A model generated the notes under the pieces. The model saw only the letters and a program-made list of their open reading frames with translations. It searched no databases and was not told where the DNA came from. A program made the position numbers and the translations under genes. From an uncultured virus (IMG/VR IMGVR_UViG_3300025937_000005) (Duplodnaviria; Heunggongvirae; Uroviricota; Caudoviricetes), in the IMG/VR virus record IMGVR_UViG_3300025937_000005: DNA of 64,000 bases, one strand, 5' to 3'. Shown one piece after another: positions 57,325 to 64,000 of the stretch (positions within the stretch are counted from its first letter, which is position 1; the number at the start of each line of letters is the position of its first letter).

Positions 57325-59118
57325 TTGTCAACAATAGAAATATCCGGCAATAAGATTATAGTCATCAATGGCAAGCAATATGAAATTGAGATAAAAGACA
57401 TTGACATAATCCTAAAACCAGTAAACGGTCCGCCTGTTCCAGACCCAGACCCAAATCCACAACAACCACCAACAGAAACAGGAACTGTAAAACCCGGTGG
57501 GTGGGGTGGAAACCAAGACCCCAAAACATGGAAGGCAACAAACATGAAGAAACCAAAAGACCAGTTTAAGGTGGTTGACAACAAGGGCATAAACATAGCA
57601 ACAAACTTCACAACAAAGGAAGCGGCCCAGGCATTCATTAACTGGTCAGTTGGCCATGCCCCACCACCTATAGACCCCCCACCAGTTGACCCAGGAAATC
57701 CACCACCAACACCAACCGGAACCAAGGATCAGTTTGGCATATTGAAGATAGCACCAGACAAACCCAACGGAAAGACTAACACCTCATTCGAACTGGAGGA
57801 AAAGGAGCGCAACTATGAATCCGGTAAACCCTCTGAATGGTCAGTTGAATACACAGCAGACCTGGGTGAAAAACTGTCTGACATAGAAGTAACCTACTAC
57901 TGCAAGATTAACGGTTTCAAGACAAACGAGGCTGACAACATATCAACCAAGATATTGGGTCCATCACATTCCGATGGTGTAGGCCGCTCATGGTATATCG
58001 GTGAGTTGGCAACCGACGGCTCTTCCTCAAAAACACTGATGACGGAAACACCCCACCCCGTTTATTTTGACAACAACCAAAAGGCATTGTTTACAGTGGG
58101 TGAATCAATAGTCGGAAAGTGGGTAGGGATAAAAATGGTCACATACCTGATAAATGGCGGAAAGGACAGGCGTTTGGAGATGTGGCTTGACTGGCCTGTT
58201 TCCGACATAGCAAACCCACCCAACAACTGGAGGATGTATTGGGGAGTTGACGACACCGGCCAGTTGGACCACGCTCATTTCATCCAGCCAACAGGCTCAC
58301 TGGTATGTTCCAGAATTGACGGTGTGGAGAAGGGAGACCCACCAGAATTCAAGTATGCATCAGTAAGGGAAGTTGTAGCACCAACCGGAGGACAAAACCC
58401 ACCACCACCTATTAGTTGTCCCACAGGCCAACACTGGGATTCGGCCCAAAACAAGTGTGTTGATGACACTGTGATACCACCACCACCAGAACCAACTACA
58501 GGCGGCGGCGGTGTTGACAAGTTTGGTGTCAAGTCAATATACCCCCAAACAGGCAAAATTGCCTATGACTACATACTGAAACCAAATGCCGGACTGAGAC
58601 ACAACTTTGACGCCGTAAAGTTCCCAACACCAAACAACGAACTCACAGGCTACTTCTCCATTAACCAAGCACCCGATGATGAGGTTTCTGGAAAATGGTC
58701 GGTGACGACCCATTCCGGTTCAAATCATGTAAAGTGTCTTGATGTCGGTGTCGACAACAACTCAGGTGCATGCCGATACAGATATGAGGACCCGCATCCC
58801 TCCTACACCGGCTCACTTGGCTCTGGAATTAAGAACGGTCTGCCGTTGGAATCCAAGTACCACGGCTGGAAATTCATTAGGCTTACCCTACCGGACAACT
58901 CAGTTCAGTTGGAGGTGTGGCAGGACCAGGGTAACAATGAAGGCACAACACCAGCCAACCAATGGGTGCAACTTGCCAAATGGAAAGTGGATGAGAAATA
59001 CGCTGTTAGGGACTATCCCAATGGTGTGTATGCCGTGCTCAGGTTGGACGGTAGTGGAATAGAGGCAAACCTAAAAAGCAAATGGCTCTCATATGTAGAG
59101 GTTAAACCCACCCTCTAA
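57325..59118 (+). CDS. protein with two D-x-FG modules (putative glycan-binding/lyase-like)
   Basis: KDQFGILKI and VDKFGVKSIYP modules; Pro/Gly linkers; CPTGQHWD....KCV. Confidence 0.75.
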   Translation: MSTIEISGNKIIVINGKQYEIEIKDIDIILKPVNGPPVPDPDPNPQQPPTETGTVKPGGWGGNQDPKTWKATNMKKPKDQFKVVDNKGINIATNFTTKEAAQAFINWSVGHAPPPIDPPPVDPGNPPPTPTGTKDQFGILKIAPDKPNGKTNTSFELEEKERNYESGKPSEWSVEYTADLGEKLSDIEVTYYCKINGFKTNEADNISTKILGPSHSDGVGRSWYIGELATDGSSSKTLMTETPHPVYFDNNQKALFTVGESIVGKWVGIKMVTYLINGGKDRRLEMWLDWPVSDIANPPNNWRMYWGVDDTGQLDHAHFIQPTGSLVCSRIDGVEKGDPPEFKYASVREVVAPTGGQNPPPPISCPTGQHWDSAQNKCVDDTVIPPPPEPTTGGGGVDKFGVKSIYPQTGKIAYDYILKPNAGLRHNFDAVKFPTPNNELTGYFSINQAPDDEVSGKWSVTTHSGSNHVKCLDVGVDNNSGACRYRYEDPHPSYTGSLGSGIKNGLPLESKYHGWKFIRLTLPDNSVQLEVWQDQGNNEGTTPANQWVQLAKWKVDEKYAVRDYPNGVYAVLRLDGSGIEANLKSKWLSYVEVKPTL

Positions 59119-59123
59119 CCAAA

Positions 59124-59987
59124 TTGTCCTTATCAATACCCACAAACTACACCAGTTCCAAACCAAACACATCAAGACCAATAATACCAATCCAGATGCA
59201 GAAGCCGGATGGCAAATGGAGTGACCCAATAAAGTTTAATTTCGACACCGGCGCTTCATGGGCAACCGATGTTCCATTACAGTTATTAAAGTCATTTGGG
59301 GGTGATGTGGATTCTGATGACAGGAAGGAACAGCCTGGCAAGATAAAGATACCTGGATTCAACAACAATCAGGAGTTGGGCATCCCCGTTGTTGTCCAGG
59401 ATGATGACCATTATGACCTGTTTAGGGAACAGTCTTCAAGGTATCCATTGTTGAGGGTGAGGGATTTGATGCCCTACATGTCAATAGTGTATGAGACAGC
59501 CAAAACAACACTGTATCCAAAGTCAATGGGACCACCACCAGAACTCTCCACACCTGGAACCATGGCAATGCCCAAGGCATCCAGAAGACCCGGCACCCCA
59601 ACATCAGCATGGTACTGGACAAAGGGGACTATGATTGGATCAAAAACCTATTCCAACGTTTGGTTTAATGTCTGCACTGGTGACTACCGCTTTATCATTC
59701 CACGTTCCTATTGTGACAAGGCCGGCTTCAAGATAACAAGTGACGGCAAATCCGGCAACGGTGAGTCATTTGCCACAGGGACATTCAGGTGGGATGAGAC
59801 AACACCAACCAAATTCACACTGACAAATATCAAGGTAACGGCAAGGGATGACGACGAGCGTTTTGCAAGGGGTGGTGACCCCCGCTGCCTGATGGGTGGC
59901 CCCAATTTTCTCAGCAAGTATAAAATAGTGATTTCAGATTTGAATATGTATTTTGTTCCAATAACAACAGCAACAACAGCAACATGA
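59124..59987 (+). CDS. bilobed retropepsin-like protein, copy 1
   Basis: RPII, FNFDTGAS; second lobe FNVCTGD and LMGGPNFL. Confidence 0.7.
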   Translation: MSLSIPTNYTSSKPNTSRPIIPIQMQKPDGKWSDPIKFNFDTGASWATDVPLQLLKSFGGDVDSDDRKEQPGKIKIPGFNNNQELGIPVVVQDDDHYDLFREQSSRYPLLRVRDLMPYMSIVYETAKTTLYPKSMGPPPELSTPGTMAMPKASRRPGTPTSAWYWTKGTMIGSKTYSNVWFNVCTGDYRFIIPRSYCDKAGFKITSDGKSGNGESFATGTFRWDETTPTKFTLTNIKVTARDDDERFARGGDPRCLMGGPNFLSKYKIVISDLNMYFVPITTATTAT

Positions 59988-60835
59988 GTTATACCGTGCC
60001 TGTGAATTGGAATCCCAGCATTCCAAGAACATCAAGACCAATAATTCCAGTGCAGATGAAGAAACCCAATGGAACATGGTCATCATCAATCTCATTTAAT
60101 TTTGACACAGGTGCTTCCAACCCAACAGATGTCCCACTTGACATAGTTGATGACTTTGGTGGCCCTGTTGCCACTGATGCCAGGGTTTCACAGCCAAATG
60201 ACATACGCATTCCAGGTCTTGGTGCGGGCAGTGGTACAGTGATGAGCATTCCAGTTATGGTTCAGGACCAGGACCATTATGACCTGTTTGCTGATGAGCC
60301 TCCACCCATAAGATACCCCCTAATGAGGGTGCATGACCTGATGCCATACCTTTCCATAGTGTTTGAGAAACTACAGACAACATTTCGTCCGGTGTCACTT
60401 GGCAATCCCACCGAGATTTCCACACCCGGAACAATCCACATGCCAACAGCGTCACAAAGGACAGGCGCACCCACCTCATCCTGGTACTGGACACAGGGAC
60501 AGGCATGGGGACCAAGTTGCAGAATGATAACAGACTGGTTGAACATCAACACTGGTGACTACCGCTTTATTGTCAAGAGGTCATTGGCCGATTCTGTCCG
60601 TCTTCCGTTGACACCCGACCCAACAGACAGTGACGAGTATCTTGCCAATGGCAACTTAATTTGGAGTGAGGCAACACCACCCCTTAAACTAACCGACATA
60701 CCCATAACAGTAAGAAATGATGACGCCAGTTTCGCACGGGGTGGTGTTCCACGCCAGTTGTTAGGCGGCCCAAACTTTTTGGATTCCTACAAGATAGTGA
60801 TATATGGACAGAACATGGCCTTTGTGCCAGTGTAG
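59984..60835 (+). CDS. bilobed retropepsin-like protein, copy 2
   Basis: FNFDTGAS; second lobe LNINTGD and LLGGPNFL; ATGA overlap with copy 1. Confidence 0.7.
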   Translation: MSYTVPVNWNPSIPRTSRPIIPVQMKKPNGTWSSSISFNFDTGASNPTDVPLDIVDDFGGPVATDARVSQPNDIRIPGLGAGSGTVMSIPVMVQDQDHYDLFADEPPPIRYPLMRVHDLMPYLSIVFEKLQTTFRPVSLGNPTEISTPGTIHMPTASQRTGAPTSSWYWTQGQAWGPSCRMITDWLNINTGDYRFIVKRSLADSVRLPLTPDPTDSDEYLANGNLIWSEATPPLKLTDIPITVRNDDASFARGGVPRQLLGGPNFLDSYKIVIYGQNMAFVPV

Positions 60836-60872
60836 CAAACACTATTATCCCAGATTCTGTTCTTAGTGGTTA

Positions 60873-61427
60873 ATGCAACAATCAGCAGCAACAGCAGCAG
60901 ATATCAACAACTTACGTATAGTAAACAACACTATACTTTTTGAGCCAAACAAGCCAAACGCCTATACCAATAGCAAGGTAACATTCTCGGCAAAACTCAA
61001 CTCAAGTTCAATAGTAACACACAACGAAATCAGTGTTAGGTGGTCAATAGGGCCGCATACAGGACAGGAGATTGTCAAGTGTTTTGATGTTGGGTTTGGA
61101 ATCAAGACAGGAAAGACAAGGTTTAGGTATGAACTAAAGCATCCAGAATACACAGACGTAATTGCCAATGGCGATGTCATAGGCTACCCATTGAATACGG
61201 ATGAGTATGTTGGATTGGAGTTTGTCAAACAAAATCTTCCCGATGAACATGCGACATTACTGGAGGTATACCAATCAACCCATGTTGAAAGAATGAAGTT
61301 ATTCAGCCATAAGACATCTGAATACTTTGTTGATGACTATCAAAACGGATGCCAGATAGCGATAAAACCAAAGGAGAACTTTGACAAGATAGACATAAAG
61401 GATATTTCCATCACTGAGATTCAATAG
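60873..61427 (+). CDS. single diverged copy of the D-x-FG-type module
   Basis: EISVRWS..H..VKCFDVG..GKTRFRYE..HPEYT matches the second module of 57325..59118. Confidence 0.7.
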   Translation: MQQSAATAADINNLRIVNNTILFEPNKPNAYTNSKVTFSAKLNSSSIVTHNEISVRWSIGPHTGQEIVKCFDVGFGIKTGKTRFRYELKHPEYTDVIANGDVIGYPLNTDEYVGLEFVKQNLPDEHATLLEVYQSTHVERMKLFSHKTSEYFVDDYQNGCQIAIKPKENFDKIDIKDISITEIQ

Positions 61428-61803
61428 CATCATCAGTAGAAGGGGTGGGGGGATACACATCACTTATCATTTTTTTCAGCCTGTGCTCCTCATGGATGTT
61501 AAACTTGAACTCGTCAAACAGGTCAGGCTTGCAGCCGCATTTACTATCCAGCCAATCCCTGACATGAATCAGTTCACTTGAGTCTATTATGAAGTTGCGG
61601 CAGCCGCAATCCCCCGCCTTTTGAACGGCAAACCTTATTTCCCTGTCACCATCCAAATTCAAAATCTCAAAGCAGTATTCACGTGACTCCATTGGGTATG
61701 GACTGTTCTTTCTTGGCAGTGAACTCAAGTCCCCGATTATAAACCCCTGGTCATCAAAATATTTCCAGTAGATGTTTTTCTCAACTTCCCTCATCTCTTG
61801 CAA
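61411..61803 (-). CDS. hypothetical protein
   Basis: 130-aa ORF divergent from 61849. Confidence 0.6.
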   Translation of the reverse strand: MQEMREVEKNIYWKYFDDQGFIIGDLSSLPRKNSPYPMESREYCFEILNLDGDREIRFAVQKAGDCGCRNFIIDSSELIHVRDWLDSKCGCKPDLFDEFKFNIHEEHRLKKMISDVYPPTPSTDDAIESQ

Positions 61804-61848
61804 TTGTTTATATCAACTGGACGGATTAATCCTTATTGTTAACAATAG

Positions 61849-64000
61849 ATGGTCAACGACTCATTTAATGTAAAAAAAATATATCCTGACAGCATCAGAA
61901 ACCCCCAGGCCTGGTTTGTATCTTCCACCACAGATCCAAGGGGTGTGCTGTCTGGAACCTTGAGTGGTTGGACCAAGAATGGTGACGTCTACACCTTTCA
62001 GGGCAACAGCGCGGCCCGCTTCAACGTCTTCACCTCATCGGGATACCACCCCGAAATAATCAACTTCAACCATGGGCAGTTGGCAACAAGGGGTTATATG
62101 CAGGACACAAAGGACTGGCGTGACATTGAGATGACGGCATATGTAAAGTTGACAGCCTCCACCGATGACCAGTTTGTGATGTATTGTCGTGGCGGCCGGC
62201 ACAATGACGCCAACGATGGATGTGAGGGTTTCGCATACAAGGCTGACTTGTATTTTTCAGGTGGTGTGCGTATAGCAAAAGAGCAGTGGCATGTATCCTA
62301 TGTTTTTGGCAATGAGCAGCCAGCAATGGGCTCAATAGAAAACAAGTGGGTGGGCATGAAATCTATCTTTTACAACAACGTGGCCAACACCGAGGTAACC
62401 ATGGAGATATGGCTGGACAAGAACGCAGACGGCAACTGGACAAAGGTTCTCACCTATGTTGACAAGGGGGGGTTTGGATCCGACGGTGGCCATTGTGGAG
62501 GCCGGCCAGACCAGGTGGGAACGTGGGGCGGTCCTGTTGCTACATTCAGGTGGGACAATGTGGACACCATAGACATGAAGTGGTTCTCTGTCAGGGAGAT
62601 AGACCCACGTGGCTCCTTTACCGACGGTGGTACTGGTGGAACAACCGGTGGTGGTACTGGTGGTGGAACCGGAACTGGTGGCGGAGGTGAAACGGGAACC
62701 GGCACGGGAACTGGAACCGGCACGGGAACAGGTGGGGGTGGCGGCGGTCATATTGTCTGCACAGACAACCCCGTTGTGGTCATCCCTGGTGGTGACAACA
62801 CGGCCGGTGACTGCACAAAGACACTCTACAAACTCACAGGCGTTACAAAGGCGTTCAGTGAGGGGTCTTTTGGGATCAGGCATTATGCCAGTGGAAAACC
62901 GGACACGGTGACAAAGGAGTGGAACGCAACCAGTGTGACATGGGAGAACATCTGTGTCATCATGTACATACAGATAGATGACCCCGACGATGAGGAGGAC
63001 ACAATAGCGGTCAAGTTCTATGGCAACGGGCATGATGATGGAGAGGGACATTGGTATATCTTCAACATACAGTTCAACAACGGAAAGTGTGGTTGGGGAT
63101 ATGAGGAGCCACACCCAACAACAACATCATATGCCAGTGTCGGTGATTCTGTTGGCTCCATAATAGGCAAGAAGATAGGTTTGCAGATTGTGATATGGAG
63201 AAAGGGGTCAGGCGCACATTGTGAGTCATGGGTTGACACGGGTGATGGCAAGTGGAAGAAAACAACAAGTGTTGACAATCCAGGCGGAAAGGCATATGGA
63301 CCAGAAACTAGTAGGTCTCCCCGTGTCACAATAAGGATTGATGCGGCCCCCCACATCAATATGACATGCACTTCATTAAAACAGATAACACCAAACGGTG
63401 AGTTTACCGGTGTCACTGGAGGTGGCACAACAACAGGCGGAGGCCAAACCTGTGTGTTCATCCCTGATGAGGATACTCCCAGTGGTGGCGACCCCGACAA
63501 TACGAACACCACCGGAACACCGTCAGGGTCAGGCGGCGGAAACCAAAACGAGCCAAGGCCGGTAATGACATTGACAAGGGACTGGACCTTTATCACAAAC
63601 GTCGGTGTTGATGTGGATGACTCATGCACACAGGGCAACCCGCTTGAGACAAGGCAGTTTGTTTCACTGTACAACGTGTCAGGCGAGGATAATGTATACA
63701 GGGACCTGGGCTACACTGTCAACTTTGGTGAGGCGGCAACGGAGGTTGGTGTCTATGTCAACACTGTCCGCTCCGTTTTGTACAACCAAGTCATAAAGAA
63801 GGTGGTGGTCAACGGCATCAAGAGGACGGTTGACGCCTTCTCTGAATCATGCACCGGAACCCTATACTGCATCATAAGAAACTTTGCCACACAGGAAATC
63901 ATGGTTCAGTTTGATGAAGGGATAAACGTTGCCGGAATAGACGTCAATGACCAGGAGTTGGAGTTCACAAAACTTGACAACCTCTACCAAATGAAGGCTG
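61849..64000 (+). CDS. large multidomain adhesin-like protein, truncated by the window end (absent from ORF track)
   Basis: Frame 1 open from ATG 61849 to the end: MVNDSFNVKKIYPD..WRDIEMTAYVK..YCRGGRH..CEGFAYK..KEQWH, GT linkers, second module, beta-sandwich repeat. Confidence 0.9.
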   Translation, partial: MVNDSFNVKKIYPDSIRNPQAWFVSSTTDPRGVLSGTLSGWTKNGDVYTFQGNSAARFNVFTSSGYHPEIINFNHGQLATRGYMQDTKDWRDIEMTAYVKLTASTDDQFVMYCRGGRHNDANDGCEGFAYKADLYFSGGVRIAKEQWHVSYVFGNEQPAMGSIENKWVGMKSIFYNNVANTEVTMEIWLDKNADGNWTKVLTYVDKGGFGSDGGHCGGRPDQVGTWGGPVATFRWDNVDTIDMKWFSVREIDPRGSFTDGGTGGTTGGGTGGGTGTGGGGETGTGTGTGTGTGTGGGGGGHIVCTDNPVVVIPGGDNTAGDCTKTLYKLTGVTKAFSEGSFGIRHYASGKPDTVTKEWNATSVTWENICVIMYIQIDDPDDEEDTIAVKFYGNGHDDGEGHWYIFNIQFNNGKCGWGYEEPHPTTTSYASVGDSVGSIIGKKIGLQIVIWRKGSGAHCESWVDTGDGKWKKTTSVDNPGGKAYGPETSRSPRVTIRIDAAPHINMTCTSLKQITPNGEFTGVTGGGTTTGGGQTCVFIPDEDTPSGGDPDNTNTTGTPSGSGGGNQNEPRPVMTLTRDWTFITNVGVDVDDSCTQGNPLETRQFVSLYNVSGEDNVYRDLGYTVNFGEAATEVGVYVNTVRSVLYNQVIKKVVVNGIKRTVDAFSESCTGTLYCIIRNFATQEIMVQFDEGINVAGIDVNDQELEFTKLDNLYQMKA

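Noticed and set aside
62066..63674. Minus-strand ORFs in the track
   Set aside because: Antisense to the real plus-strand ORF 61849..>64000, which the track missed because it has no stop in the window

Overview
The window is a contiguous 64 kb piece of a tailed archaeal dsDNA virus (Caudoviricetes, siphovirus-like: tail tube and a 1953-aa tape measure, no sheath). The host is most likely a soil ammonia-oxidising archaeon (Nitrososphaerales). This rests on leaderless archaeal TATA promoters, oligo-T terminators, an AOA-type two-domain multicopper oxidase and repeated 'D-x-FG-[IV]-K-x-[IV]Y' extracellular modules; it is family recognition by eye, not a database result. Layout: 1-12.6 kb accessory/early region (winged-helix proteins, Zn fingers, papain-like protease, DUF932, SWIM, MCO); 12.8-29.4 kb head module (portal, about 10 kb of S/T-rich fibre-like genes, glycosyltransferase, protease-scaffold, cement protein, HK97-type capsid); 29.5-33.2 kb membrane and unknown genes; 33.3-45.2 kb neck and tail; 45.2-64 kb tail-tip/adhesin region (HNH insertion, 2436-aa nested protein, pseudo-phosphatase, discoidin, two bilobed retropepsin-like proteins). 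I found no terminase, polymerase, integrase, reverse transcriptase, tRNA or CRISPR array. Most notable signals: TATA-phased (TANN)n arrays at early promoters, an unannotated -1 frameshift with a stimulatory hairpin, a Russian-doll domain architecture, TFE-like proteins, and two families of repeated palindromes.
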